From the IMG/VR virus record IMGVR_UViG_3300024999_000053, positions 1 through 64,000 of that record: 64,000 nucleotides of DNA, one strand, 5' to 3'. A program made the position numbers and the translations under genes. Below are positions 19,434-30,178 of this stretch, piece by piece. The notes under the pieces were generated by a model, which ran no database searches, was not told the origin of the DNA, and was given only the letters and a program-made list of their open reading frames with translations. The DNA comes from a virus. Position 1 is the first letter of the stretch; the number at the start of each line of letters is the position of its first letter.

Positions 19434-19462
19434 TTGACACCATTGTTCTATCCATGTATAAT
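19434..19462 (+). promoter_or_regulatory. Consensus SigA promoter overlapped by an inverted repeat
   Basis: TTGACA-17-TATAAT; TTCTATCC...GGATAGAA spans the -10 box. Confidence 0.65.
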
Positions 19463-19587
19463 GGGATAGAAAGGGTGGTGAGATATATGCCTAGAGATCC
19501 AACGGATATAGGTATGTAATTTAGTCAGGTTGTATAAATCGATAAATAAAATAATATTTAAAATGGAAAGAGGAATGATTAAATAAT

Positions 19588-20403
19588 ATGAACGAATTAA
19601 CGATTAAAGAAGTAGATTTTAATGGTGCTAGTTTGTTAGCGATTCAGAATAAAGATGGTAAAATTTATGTTTCTATAAATCATGTCTGTAATGGTTTGGG
19701 ATTAAATTCTCGTAAACAAAGAGATAAAATTAAAGATCATTTAACATTGTCAAAGGGGTGTACCGAGTGGGGCATACCTTCAAATGGTGGAATACAAGAC
19801 ACTTTTGTAATTGAAATAGAATTTCTTCCCTTGTGGTTAGCAGGTATTAATCCAAAATTAGTAAGTGAAAAGGTAGTTGATAAATTAGTTGAATATCAAC
19901 TCAAGGCAAAAGATGTTTTAGCAAAGGCATTCCTTCCAGACATTGAATCATTTATTCAAGATTATCTCGATATGGACGAAGATGAAAGAGGAATTGCATA
20001 TTTTAAAGAAAAGAAACAAAGAAAAATGCTAGAACTTCAAAATCAAGAGTTAATTCCAAAAGCAAGAAGTTTTGATCAATTGATTGGAGCAAATGGAAGC
20101 CAAAATATGAATTCCGTTGCAAAATCATTTAATGTGGGTCGTGGAAGACTATTTGCATTTTTACGTGAAAAAGATATTCTTATGACCGGAAGTAAAAACG
20201 ATAAAGAAAAACATAATGTGCCTAGACAACAATATCTTGAACAAAAGTTATTTGTAGTCAGAGAATATACAATTCCTGATGCAGATGGTGAAATTGTTAA
20301 CAGAGTGCAAACTTTGGTAACTAGTAAAGGGATTGAATTTATTGATAGATTGTTGAAGAAAGTTAATTATAATTTAGATAGTTTTGGTGATTTGGATGAT
20401 TAA
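19588..20403 (+). CDS. Phage antirepressor (P22 AR N-terminal + KilA-C/ANT)
   Basis: VDFNGASL...FLPLWLAGI...YQLKAKDVLAKAF; LFAFLREKDIL...TLVTSKGIEFI. Confidence 0.85.
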   Translation: MNELTIKEVDFNGASLLAIQNKDGKIYVSINHVCNGLGLNSRKQRDKIKDHLTLSKGCTEWGIPSNGGIQDTFVIEIEFLPLWLAGINPKLVSEKVVDKLVEYQLKAKDVLAKAFLPDIESFIQDYLDMDEDERGIAYFKEKKQRKMLELQNQELIPKARSFDQLIGANGSQNMNSVAKSFNVGRGRLFAFLREKDILMTGSKNDKEKHNVPRQQYLEQKLFVVREYTIPDADGEIVNRVQTLVTSKGIEFIDRLLKKVNYNLDSFGDLDD

Positions 20404-20625
20404 GTTGGTTAGATTAGTAATACGAATATAAATAAATACAAATACATAAATATATTGTTTTGATTTTTTATTGTGAATGTGAATATTTTAAGAATCCACT
20501 GGTTTTGGTGGATTCTTTTTGTTTGTGCGAGCATAGATCAAAATGAACTATACTCAATTTAAGTTAATTTAATTTGATAGTTTTAGCAAATCATTGGACG
20601 CTTTGATTTTGCTATTAAATATGTG

Positions 20626-20743
20626 GAAATGATTGCTCCAACTGTCATTTCTTTTTAGAGAGTAGGAAACTACTCTCTGTTTTTGTATTTGTTGGAGAAT
20701 AATTAAGGGGTAATAAATTATAAATAAAATTAGAAAGTTGGAG
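20626..20743 (+). promoter_or_regulatory. Hairpin loop CTCCAAC complementary to two GTTGGAG copies, the second being the RBS
   Basis: Stem GAAATGA/TCATTTC 20626-20651; complements at 20691 and 20737. Confidence 0.55.
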
Positions 20744-20753
20744 GATTGTAAAG

Positions 20754-23639
20754 ATGAATCAAATAATTACAAAAGAAGTTCAAGAGGTTATCGATTATGT
20801 ATTAAAGCATGAATCAGATTTAAATTTTAAAGTTTGTAAAACATGTGGGCGTAGCTTACCAGCACATGAATGGTTTTATACAAAACACGAAGGATGTAAA
20901 TTCGGAGTTTTGTCAAAATGTAAAGAATGTGTAAACAAGGGTTATGTATTTTATGATTTAATCCATCCTTGGTATAATACAGATGAAGAGTTTATTATTA
21001 ATTTTCGCAAAATGTCTATAGAACAATTGGTTAAATATTATAATAAATCATCCTCTACTATTACAGTTTATGCTAAAACTTTAAAGTTAAATAAACCAGA
21101 AATTAATACACAATTAACAGAAGAAGAAATAATTTTCATGTATGAATCTTTATTAAATAATGAAATTAAAGTATTTACAAATGGAATATATAACTATGAC
21201 AAATATATAGTTATTTTAATAAAATATATGATAAATAATATTTTAAAATGGGATAGGGAAGATATTTGTCAAAATTACTCTTCAAAAATATACAAGAAAA
21301 ATGGATTAAGTGGGATGCTTGGCATTGAGAAATTTAGCATATATGAATACTTAATAAAATCATTTCCTGAATATGATATTAATCCTTGGGAGTTAAGATC
21401 ATCTAGTGTCGGAAATGGATTTTGGACAGAAGAAAATGTGAATAAATCTCTTAACTGGTTAAAGATAAAACTACTAGAATATAAAAATATTGACAACATA
21501 AATTTTGCGGGAACGTTTGGATTTAATAATTTATTAGAGAAATATAATCTACTTGGTTTATGTTCTGTGAGATTTAATGCTAGTTTTGTTGCTTTGTTTG
21601 AAAAGATGTATGGTGAAAAATTTTCGAAAGAAGAGATGTTGAAGCATAATTATAAATTTGATATAAATACAGATTGCAACTCTATAAGTGCAGAAAGTAA
21701 AATATACAAATTGACTGATTCATATTACGATCTTGATGATAGAGGAAAGACTTTAATTAATGAAATAGTTAGATTTTGTAATAACGAAGGAAGATTTCCT
21801 ACTGAAAAAGATATGGCAAGGAAAAATGGATATATTGCTAGACCTCAGTATTACAAATACTTTAAAGAAAATACTTTTAAAAAGGTATATGATTATATTT
21901 TTCCATTTTATGATTTTTCACAAGAAACAGACGTAGATAAGTTTAGGAATATCTGTGATGGCAGAAACTATAATGCTATTTATATACCTCCTGTAAAAAT
22001 TAAGTGTACTAGATGTGGAGAAATTAAACAATTTAATGAAGATAATTTTTCTAAAGGGGAATTGCAAAAATTTGGTTTAAAATATATGTGCAAGCAATGT
22101 GAAACTGAAATAGCATATGAAAATAATTTGGCAAAGTTTGCTACAAGAAATAAAATAAAATCTTCTGATAAGAATAATATTATTGTATGGTATAATGCAT
22201 ATTTGAAAAACGGATTCAAGCAAATGCCTAATTTTTGCTACGAAGAAAACAATATGATTAAAATTATAAGACATATTATAATAAATAAAATAAAATTAGA
22301 TACAAAAGATAAAATATGTAATGTTAGTTTTTTAGGACGTAAACAATTTGATGAATATAGAATTGATATGTCTATACAAAGACTTGGAGGTAAATTAAAA
22401 GCACTTCAAACATGCTTTCCAGAACTTAATATTACTGAGGATGATGTATTTCCAGAAACATACACAGAAGAAGATATGAATAATATTATTCATGAATGGA
22501 TAGATAACAACACATTTACAGTATTTGATTTATTAAAAAAAGGTATATCATATACATATAGCAAAAAAATGAATGCTATGCTTTCTGTAAAATTTCATAG
22601 AATGGGTTTATCAAAATCAGATATGATTATGTGGTATTGTAAGAGAAATAATATATTTCATCCTTTATATAATCGAGAAATTATTAAATGGGATTTTGAA
22701 GAAGTGACAAAGGGGTTTTGGGAAAGTAAGGAAAACATGATTGAAAGAGTACAATATTATTGTGAACATGAGTGTGAAGCAACCATTTTAGATTCCATAA
22801 GCGACAATAATTTGTTAAAATTGTGGATATATAAATACTTTAGACAAGAAGATATAGGTAAAATGATTCCATATACTAAAAAGGGATATTCTTTATATAC
22901 TATTCTAATAGAATCGTATCCTGAAATTAACGAAAATAATTTATTATTTGATTGGGAATGGCATCAATTTGAGAAATCAGATAAACCAACCCTTTTAAGG
23001 ATATTAAGAGAGTTAGTAGAATTTAGATTGGACAAATATATAATTAATCCAATAATAGATATTCCAGTTTATATTAACAGAGCTTTTATTGCCGTTGTTT
23101 ATCCAAAATTTCAACATCAGATAGCTAAAAAACGTTTTGATACCTACTATCAATGGTGCTGTGAAGCATTTCCAGAATACGCTAGTAATTGGAAACCAGA
23201 AGATTTTGGTTTATGTGTTGCATTTGATGGAACTAGATGTGGTAGCATTGAGGAAAAAATGGTATATGAATTTTTTAAAGTAGAAACATGCTTAGATATA
23301 GAAGCTATTGGATTTAAACATAGTGGCGAACATGTTTTTATTTTACCTGACGACCATGAGGATAATAAATATTGCCCAGATTTTGTCGCTCAATATGTCA
23401 ATAAGAATGGAAGATTGTTAGAAATTGAAAAACCACTTTACATTGAATATTATGGGTGGTATGTAGAAGATAATAATTCCAAAATGTTCGTAGATTATGT
23501 AAGTAAAACAAACAGGAAAAATGATTATTATAGAAATAATGGAAATATATTATTTTTAGACATTTATCCATGTGATTTGAAAAATAATTTTAAATTGCTC
23601 AAAGATAAGTATAATAAACTTATAAAAACATTAAATTAA
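20754..23639 (+). CDS. Very large putative endonuclease with Zn-finger and helical repeats
   Basis: Two CxxC...CxxC fingers; repeated FPE...W..GFW units; C-terminal SIEE...YCPDF...IEYYG. Confidence 0.55.
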   Translation: MNQIITKEVQEVIDYVLKHESDLNFKVCKTCGRSLPAHEWFYTKHEGCKFGVLSKCKECVNKGYVFYDLIHPWYNTDEEFIINFRKMSIEQLVKYYNKSSSTITVYAKTLKLNKPEINTQLTEEEIIFMYESLLNNEIKVFTNGIYNYDKYIVILIKYMINNILKWDREDICQNYSSKIYKKNGLSGMLGIEKFSIYEYLIKSFPEYDINPWELRSSSVGNGFWTEENVNKSLNWLKIKLLEYKNIDNINFAGTFGFNNLLEKYNLLGLCSVRFNASFVALFEKMYGEKFSKEEMLKHNYKFDINTDCNSISAESKIYKLTDSYYDLDDRGKTLINEIVRFCNNEGRFPTEKDMARKNGYIARPQYYKYFKENTFKKVYDYIFPFYDFSQETDVDKFRNICDGRNYNAIYIPPVKIKCTRCGEIKQFNEDNFSKGELQKFGLKYMCKQCETEIAYENNLAKFATRNKIKSSDKNNIIVWYNAYLKNGFKQMPNFCYEENNMIKIIRHIIINKIKLDTKDKICNVSFLGRKQFDEYRIDMSIQRLGGKLKALQTCFPELNITEDDVFPETYTEEDMNNIIHEWIDNNTFTVFDLLKKGISYTYSKKMNAMLSVKFHRMGLSKSDMIMWYCKRNNIFHPLYNREIIKWDFEEVTKGFWESKENMIERVQYYCEHECEATILDSISDNNLLKLWIYKYFRQEDIGKMIPYTKKGYSLYTILIESYPEINENNLLFDWEWHQFEKSDKPTLLRILRELVEFRLDKYIINPIIDIPVYINRAFIAVVYPKFQHQIAKKRFDTYYQWCCEAFPEYASNWKPEDFGLCVAFDGTRCGSIEEKMVYEFFKVETCLDIEAIGFKHSGEHVFILPDDHEDNKYCPDFVAQYVNKNGRLLEIEKPLYIEYYGWYVEDNNSKMFVDYVSKTNRKNDYYRNNGNILFLDIYPCDLKNNFKLLKDKYNKLIKTLN

Positions 23640-23661
23640 TAATTGAAAGAAGGAAATAAAA

Positions 23662-24153
23662 ATGGCAAATAAAAAATTAAATCAACAAACTATATCTAAA
23701 GTATCCACAAAATTTAATGAGAGAATATCCTTAACGGTCACAGATCGTTTTGGTGAATCCTATACTATTGAAATAAATAAATATTTTAAAAAAACGGAAA
23801 TTCAAAAGATGATCGTAGATTATTTTTCTTTTAAGGAAGAATTGAAAACAATAGTTATTGATTTAGAATTAGTTAGAAATACAGCATTTCTATTTCCTGC
23901 ATTATTGGTTAAATATTTTTCAAATGTTCCTCTTTCAGATGATCTTGTAGAATTAATATCGGGGACAGAAACACTTATGGATATTGAGGTATTTGATCAT
24001 ATAGTAGGAGCATTACCTCAAGAAGAAATAGAGAGAGTGAATACTTTAATAAAAACAATGACTGACAATATTCCATTGATGAATAAAATGTTGGGCAATG
24101 AAAATGAAAGTTCTAATGAAGAACAACTTATCGACACAGAAGTAAAAGAGTAA
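23662..24153 (+). CDS. Putative tail assembly chaperone
   Basis: 163 aa acidic helical protein; position ahead of tape measure as in SPbeta-like phages. Confidence 0.45.
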   Translation: MANKKLNQQTISKVSTKFNERISLTVTDRFGESYTIEINKYFKKTEIQKMIVDYFSFKEELKTIVIDLELVRNTAFLFPALLVKYFSNVPLSDDLVELISGTETLMDIEVFDHIVGALPQEEIERVNTLIKTMTDNIPLMNKMLGNENESSNEEQLIDTEVKE

Positions 24154-24157
24154 TAGT

Positions 24158-24622
24158 ATGCAAGTTAATCAAATTAATTTACATAATCTAATGTCTAGTG
24201 CTGAATTCAAGAAAAAAGTAGATTATATTAGAGGAGTTGGCGAGCAGAGGTTATACGAAGCAATTTGGGATAATATATACGCCACGTATACGCCTCAATA
24301 CTACACTCGTACCTACGAACTTTTAAATAGCGTTTCCTCCTCGGTAAAATATAATACTACTTCAGTTGAAATAAAAGTATTTTGTGATTCAGAAAAAATG
24401 AATCATTTTAGTGTTGTTGATGGTCAGCCGACATACGTTGCTCCTTTAATGAATTATGGATTCTCATGGAATGGTTGGGAAGATCAAAGTCCTCCCGACT
24501 ATTTCCATAATCGTCCAGAATCAAAATTTATTGAAAAAGCAATTGAGAAAATACAAAGTGATATGCAAAAAATGCTTTTAGATGCTGTAGTGGTAGCGTT
24601 CAATAGTAATAGATATAGGTAA
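24158..24622 (+). CDS. Putative tail-completion (HK97 gp10-like) protein
   Basis: IYATYTPQYYTRTYELLNS and RPESKFIEKAIEKI motifs. Confidence 0.55.
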   Translation: MQVNQINLHNLMSSAEFKKKVDYIRGVGEQRLYEAIWDNIYATYTPQYYTRTYELLNSVSSSVKYNTTSVEIKVFCDSEKMNHFSVVDGQPTYVAPLMNYGFSWNGWEDQSPPDYFHNRPESKFIEKAIEKIQSDMQKMLLDAVVVAFNSNRYR

Positions 24623-24790
24623 AGGTTCCTTTTTTATATAATTAAGAAATAATTAATTGATTTTTACCTAATAAGCGTGATATAATAATTTCATAAAGTA
24701 ATTCAAGTCTCTTCCTTTCTTTTAGATACATATGTTTAACGCATATGAATTTTGGTATAATAGGTTGGATGAGAAAGGGCGGTTTGTGGA

Positions 24791-24988
24791 ATGGTTAAGA
24801 ATAGACTAAAGGAAATAATAGATAATAAAGGGTTGAAACAAAATTGGTTGGCCGAACAGGTTGGGGTTACAAAGCAAACCATGTCTAATTTAATTAATAA
24901 TAGATACACAACAAGTATAGATATTGCTTTTAAAATATCAAGGGCTTTAGATATGGATTTTAAGGATATATTTTATGAAGAAGATTAA
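24791..24988 (+). CDS. Cro/CI (XRE) HTH regulator, paralog of 18389
   Basis: KNRLKEII...QNWLAEQVGVTKQTMSNLIN...IAFKISRAL. Confidence 0.85.
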   Translation: MVKNRLKEIIDNKGLKQNWLAEQVGVTKQTMSNLINNRYTTSIDIAFKISRALDMDFKDIFYEED

Positions 24989-25096
24989 ATGCAGTCAGTT
25001 TATTTTCTAAAATAGTATTGACATAACATACTATGCCCCCTTATACTAATAGTAGAGGAAATCAATCCTCAAAAATTAGTAAAGGGGTCTTGAGTA

Positions 25097-25579
25097 GTGC
25101 AACAAGAAATCAATGTTCAAGAAATGGCGTGTTTATTAAAGGGGTATCAAGGGAAACGTGTCTCGGTAGGTATTGATCCAATTTGGGCAGAGAATACATA
25201 TCAAAAATTTTCATTTGATATGGGTGGGCCTGATGACAATATCATATTTCATGATATGCAAAAAGATGTACCGCAAGAATTGCATATCATTAAGGAAAAT
25301 ATTGAAAAGATATTATATATGGCGAGTGATTCTAGATTTGATTCTACTTTTAGTATATTTCTAAAAGATGGGCAAATTGATTTTTGTTTGGATGAAAAGA
25401 AGATTAGGTGTTGCAAATGTAGAGAATTGATTAATATTGACCCAATGGCAACTATATGGAGTATTAGTGGATGTGGAAATTATGGATCAAAATTTGAAGG
25501 AGAAAAACTCAATCTAAGCCTGTGTGATAATTGTCTTGGAAAAATCCTTGGATACGAGGATGGTGAGACAAGTGAGTGA
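25097..25579 (+). CDS. Hypothetical protein with C-terminal Zn finger
   Basis: CCKC...LCDNC. Confidence 0.6.
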   Translation: MQQEINVQEMACLLKGYQGKRVSVGIDPIWAENTYQKFSFDMGGPDDNIIFHDMQKDVPQELHIIKENIEKILYMASDSRFDSTFSIFLKDGQIDFCLDEKKIRCCKCRELINIDPMATIWSISGCGNYGSKFEGEKLNLSLCDNCLGKILGYEDGETSE

Positions 25580-26312
25580 TCTGGTGCTGTTTAAATCCGA
25601 GAATTTCCAAGGGATTGAGTGTGACTTTTGGAAGAACGAAAATGATGATGTGTTTATGACTAGCGAACAATTAGGTATGGTGCTTGGTTTTTCTGATCCA
25701 TCAAAAGGTGTAAGTAATTTAATCAATAGAAAACTTAAAAATGGAGAAAACCCCAATGAATATTTAAAAACCAAAGAATTTTCAGCTATCCTCGCCATGA
25801 GGACACCTTCTGGCATCCAAGAAACCAGAATATTTAATGAGGATGGAATTTATGAGGTAGCTTTTTTGGCAAGAACCGAAAGAGCAAAAGAGTTTCGTTC
25901 TTGGGTTAGAAAAATTCTTAAAGGACTTCGTAAAGGCGAATTAGAATTATTAAGAAAGCAAATCGAAGAAGATAAGTCAAAGGTTTTACTATATGACCAA
26001 GTGATGTCTTCTAAAACCAATAAGACTATGATGATTGTTGCTAAAGAATTGAAATTGAGTGGAAGGAATAAATTATTTAGTTTTTTAAGGTCTGAAGGAA
26101 TATTAATGTCAGGTAAAGGGAAACAAAATTTGCCTTATCAACAATTTATTGATGCAGGATATTTTGAAGTAGTAATTAAGATTAAAATTATTGAGGGAGA
26201 AGTTGTGGATATACCTGTTACATTAGTGACGAGTCGAGGAATGGACTATATATTTAAAAGGTTAGAAAAGAGCAAAGAAAAAGGCTTGCAGTTGGAACTA
26301 CAAGCTATGTAA
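25572..26312 (+). CDS. Bro-N + KilA-C antirepressor (start adjusted to GTG 25572)
   Basis: FNEDGIYEV...AKEFRSWV; RNKLFSFLR...NLPYQQFIDAGYF...TLVTSRG. Confidence 0.85.
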   Translation: MSDLVLFKSENFQGIECDFWKNENDDVFMTSEQLGMVLGFSDPSKGVSNLINRKLKNGENPNEYLKTKEFSAILAMRTPSGIQETRIFNEDGIYEVAFLARTERAKEFRSWVRKILKGLRKGELELLRKQIEEDKSKVLLYDQVMSSKTNKTMMIVAKELKLSGRNKLFSFLRSEGILMSGKGKQNLPYQQFIDAGYFEVVIKIKIIEGEVVDIPVTLVTSRGMDYIFKRLEKSKEKGLQLELQAM

Positions 26313-26450
26313 GAATTCATGCAAGAAAAGTATACCACATCTAAAGGAAAGAATCAATAATAGGTTCTTTCCTTTAGATATTAGCACGCTTCTAAATTGG
26401 TAAATTTGGGCATACTACTTCTTGAAACAATCTTTAAGGGGTGGTATAAT

Positions 26451-26648
26451 ATGGGCAAGAAGAAAATTTCTCCTAAAAAAAGAAGAGAGGGTGGTTTTAT
26501 GGGTAAAGTAATTAAATTTATTAGCAAGTCTCCAAAAAACCGCAAAGAACTTTCTAAAAAAGAAATACAAGATGCAGCAAAAGAATTATTATATGATGAT
26601 GATAAATACTTGGAGAAAGTATACAAAGAAATACTAAAAGAAATGTAG
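26451..26648 (+). CDS. Small basic protein, putative antitoxin
   Basis: Directly upstream of the PemK-like gene. Confidence 0.45.
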   Translation: MGKKKISPKKRREGGFMGKVIKFISKSPKNRKELSKKEIQDAAKELLYDDDKYLEKVYKEILKEM

Positions 26649-26697
26649 GTGTGTCACTACGTCCTTTATTGAAAAGATTGACTACAACTCTTTAGTT

Positions 26698-27372
26698 TTG
26701 TCTGGATTTGAATATGTTGAGAAAATGCCAATTGGGTTTTTTGAGTTTTCTAATCCGCATGATAAAGGATTGGCATTAAACCAAAAAATTGATTCGTCTT
26801 CTTTTGGAGGTACTCTGCAAATAAAAAATGATGGATTTAAGCCTATTGAAGATGAAAATGGTAATCTAAAAGCCCCAGAGGTTTGTATTGTTTCTAGAGC
26901 TAAAGCAAGACCAGTTTTAATTTTTCAAGATATAGATTTTAATGAAAAGTATCATGATAATGTTTTTGTAATTCCTATTCAAACGTTACGGAAGCCGAAC
27001 AAAGAAGAATATTTAGGCACAAGAGAAGATATTGATAGATATGAAAGTCGTTTACAGTATTATGAAGATGTGATCAATAAAAGTGATAAAGTTTATGATC
27101 AATATTATTTCCCAAAAACATTAGATAGTGGCGAAATATATGAACAGGTTTTAAGACTGAGCGATGCCAGATTTATTCACAAATCTTTTTTAATTAAACC
27201 TTTGCCTGAAAATGGTTTAAATGGAGAGGATCTAAAAGAAATTAATGTTAGACTAAGCAAAATGCTTAATATTAAAAACATAGAACAATGTTCAAAGTGT
27301 GAATATTCTTATGCAATTGATAACATAAAAAAGATATTAACTCGAATAGAGCGACTAGGAAAGAACGCTTAA
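26698..27372 (+). CDS. PemK/MazF-like endoribonuclease toxin (start uncertain)
   Basis: KARPVLIFQ...VFVIPIQT...VLRLSDARFIHKSFL. Confidence 0.6.
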   Translation: MSGFEYVEKMPIGFFEFSNPHDKGLALNQKIDSSSFGGTLQIKNDGFKPIEDENGNLKAPEVCIVSRAKARPVLIFQDIDFNEKYHDNVFVIPIQTLRKPNKEEYLGTREDIDRYESRLQYYEDVINKSDKVYDQYYFPKTLDSGEIYEQVLRLSDARFIHKSFLIKPLPENGLNGEDLKEINVRLSKMLNIKNIEQCSKCEYSYAIDNIKKILTRIERLGKNA

Positions 27373-27468
27373 GACCTCCCCTTTTGGAGGTTTTTGTTTT
27401 GTGGTTTGGGTTGGTTTTTGGATCATAAGTATAAAATAAATATTGAGGTGAACAAAAGGACACTTTAT

Positions 27469-27960
27469 TTAGTGTCCTTGTTGCATATCGTTAATTCTCT
27501 TAAAAGCGTTTTTCATGCCAAATTTATTACTATAACCATCAAATGAAAATATAGCAAAATTATCATCTTTGAAAAATATTGTTAAATAGTGTACTAGTTT
27601 GGTTATTTTTTTTGTTCCTACCCCACTCATTCCACCGACAACAGCTCCAACTCCACCCATCAGGATTGCACCTAAAACAGCATTGGCAACAACATTTCCA
27701 TTATTTTGTTCTACTAATTCTTTAGACGATATTGTTTCTAATCTATCAATTTTAGAGATTGGTATAATAATATCATCTACTTTGATTGTGTATTTATTAA
27801 AAGATATTTTAACATCTATCCCTTTATTTAACCTGCTCATTCCTTCAATATGTTTAAATGGCATTGATCTGACTATTCCGCTATATCTTTGATATATATA
27901 CCATAAAGAAAAAATTAAAAAAATAAATTCAATAAAAAATATAACCATCATATTCAACAC
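27469..27960 (-). CDS. Membrane protein, possible superinfection-exclusion moron
   Basis: N-terminal TM helix; AVLGAILMGGVGAVVGG glycine zipper; antisense, just before the tape measure gene. Confidence 0.6.
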   Translation of the reverse strand: MLNMMVIFFIEFIFLIFSLWYIYQRYSGIVRSMPFKHIEGMSRLNKGIDVKISFNKYTIKVDDIIIPISKIDRLETISSKELVEQNNGNVVANAVLGAILMGGVGAVVGGMSGVGTKKITKLVHYLTIFFKDDNFAIFSFDGYSNKFGMKNAFKRINDMQQGH

Positions 27961-28060
27961 TCCTTTTGTTTTTAATTTTTATCAATATATTACAATTATA
28001 TAATTTTTAGACTATTATATCAAGTTTTATTTATCCCAAAGAGAGGTGAGGTGAAATTAA

Positions 28061-29644
28061 TTGGCTGACAATTTAGGATTAGTCATACAGGTTAACTATG
28101 CAAGTAGTCAAAACAATATTGACAAAGCTATTGAAAAATTACAAACATATGTAAATGGCAAAAATTTACATATAGCTTTTGATTCTACATCAATCAAAGG
28201 ATTAGACCAAATCAGTAAGGCAATTTCTCCTTCTATTAATCAGGTTAACAACCTTAATTCTTCTATGCAAACTTTAGGAAGAACAATGGACAATGTTAAT
28301 AAAAAATCTGTTATCGAAACAAAAAATAATGGGATATTAACAGAGATTAAAGAAATAAAAGAATTGGAAAATGCTTTTGGTCAATTAACTAAGGTAACAG
28401 AAATATTTAATGCTAAATCAGGTTCTAAACAAATTAACGAAGAGACAATTAATTTAAAAAGACAGCGAGAGGCTATTGATGCATTAAACGCATCTAAAAG
28501 TAAGATGCAACAATCGCTAGACCCATTTAAAATAAATCCTGCATTGGCAACAGAAGTTCAACAATTGTCTCAAAAAATTAAAGAATTAGATATGTCGAAT
28601 GTATCTAAAACCAATGTCCAAGAAATAAGAAATCAAATAACTACACTGACACAATTAGCTAGAGAAATAGAAAATGTTAGAAAAGAAGAAGAGCATCTTG
28701 CAAAAGAACAGTTAAAGCAACAACAACAAGCTGAACAGAATATTCAAAGACAGCAACAGTTATATGCAGGACTTTTTAATCAAACAGAAAGATCAATACA
28801 GCAACAAGCTAGATTACTTAATACAAGAATGCAGTCGGCTTTAGGTTTGGGAAACAATATCAGTAATAACCTAACTCCTGAGAGTTCAAGAGTATTAGAG
28901 CATCAATTAGAGAGATATCGAAATATTATTAGACAATTTCAAGCAAATAATGAAATTGGGATAACTATAAGACCAGAGCAATTGACACAATTGCAAAATC
29001 TTGAAAATCGTATTAGAAGATTTTATGAAACAGTTAGACAAGGACAAAATGATTCTCATGGTTTTAATTTTACTCAATATGAACAATTTACAAGATTAAA
29101 TCCTGCTATTACAAATGCTACTCATGCACAACAATATTATAATACTTCTCTATTGGAAGGGCATAGATTAATTGCTTCTAATATCCAACAGACTGAACAG
29201 TATATACGTGTTACACAGCAATTAAGAAATGGCAGTCAACATTTAAACTTAGGTGTTTATATTGATAGAGCAACTGGTCAAATGTATCAGTTTAATGAAG
29301 CTTTAAGAGATGGAATGACTCGAAGTTGGGGTCTTGGAGAAGCAATGAGCACCGCAGCCACAAAGGCTATGGTTTGGTCGGTTGTAATGGGTGGAATGTA
29401 CGGGTTATTAAATGTCCTCCAACAAATTCCAAAAGCAATTATTGAAATAAATACCAGATTAGTAGAAATGTCTAAAGTAATGTCTTCTGATACTGATTAT
29501 GGTGTATTAATGGATAATCTTGCTAAATCGGCTAATGCATATGGTAGAACAATAACTGAGACACAAAATGCAGTTATTGAATTTGGGAAGCAAGGATTTG
29601 AAGCAGCCCAAGCCACTGATATGGCAAATACGGCACTTTTGGGT
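28061..29644 (+). CDS. Tape measure protein, exon 1
   Basis: Coiled-coil, ends in TP901-like core EFGKQGF...MANTALLG; frame closes 18 nt into intron 1. Confidence 0.85.
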
Positions 29645-30062
29645 AGATTATGTGCTCCCTAATGCGGTAACGTATTAGTGAAAAGTTGGCTTGTTCGGGA
29701 AAACTCCAGAGATGGACAATTCCGAGGATAATTATATTAATAATCGCGCTTAAATTGTATATGATTTGGGAATGTGATATTTACAAAGACATCGAAAATA
29801 TGATGTCTTTTTTTGTTTGTGTAAGTATGGTTATATATTTAAGGCGATTATAAATAATTATCTGTAGAGACTGAGAGGATATATGGTAACATATGTCCCA
29901 TGCCAACCACCCTTACAACCTCTAGCAAGGGTGAAGATACAGTCCGAACCACACCAATAATCTAAAAAAGAAAGTGTGGAGTTAGGTAGAAATGCCTAAC
30001 CGCTATAACATTTATGTTGTAGTCAGTAATCAAAATGATTTTTTGATGAAAGTAACAGTCTG
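29645..30062 (+). ncRNA. Group I intron 1 (418 nt, no ORF)
   Basis: Exon ends in U; IGS UGUGCUC pairs GGGU and 3' exon GCA; P TTCGGGAAA, Q AATTCCGAG, R GTAGAGACTG, S AAGATACAGTCC; terminal G; removal restores LLG|ANV. Confidence 0.88.
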
Positions 30063-30178
30063 GCAAATGTGACGGGTTTAAAAACGGCTGAAATGGCTCA
30101 ATACTTAACCGCTACTATGGCACAATTCAATGTCGTAGCAGAAGATAGTGTTTCAATAGTAAATAAAATAAATGAGGT
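30063..30178 (+). CDS. Tape measure protein, exon 2 (116 nt, absent from ORF track)
   Basis: ANVTGLKTAEMAQYLTATMAQFNVVAEDSVSIVNKINE(V), the otherwise missing piece of the conserved core. Confidence 0.88.

Noticed and set aside
19488-19520. Minigene MPRDPTDIGM with strong RBS before the antirepressor
   Set aside because: Probably the remnant of a deleted small regulator; no further support
23662-24622. Programmed frameshift in a tail chaperone pair
   Set aside because: No convincing slippery site at the 3' end; the second ORF has its own start and a different predicted role
28061-29662. 533-aa ORF as a separate gene, and 30512 GTG as tape measure start
   Set aside because: Both are artefacts of the introns; the core domain is continuous after splicing and 30512 has no RBS
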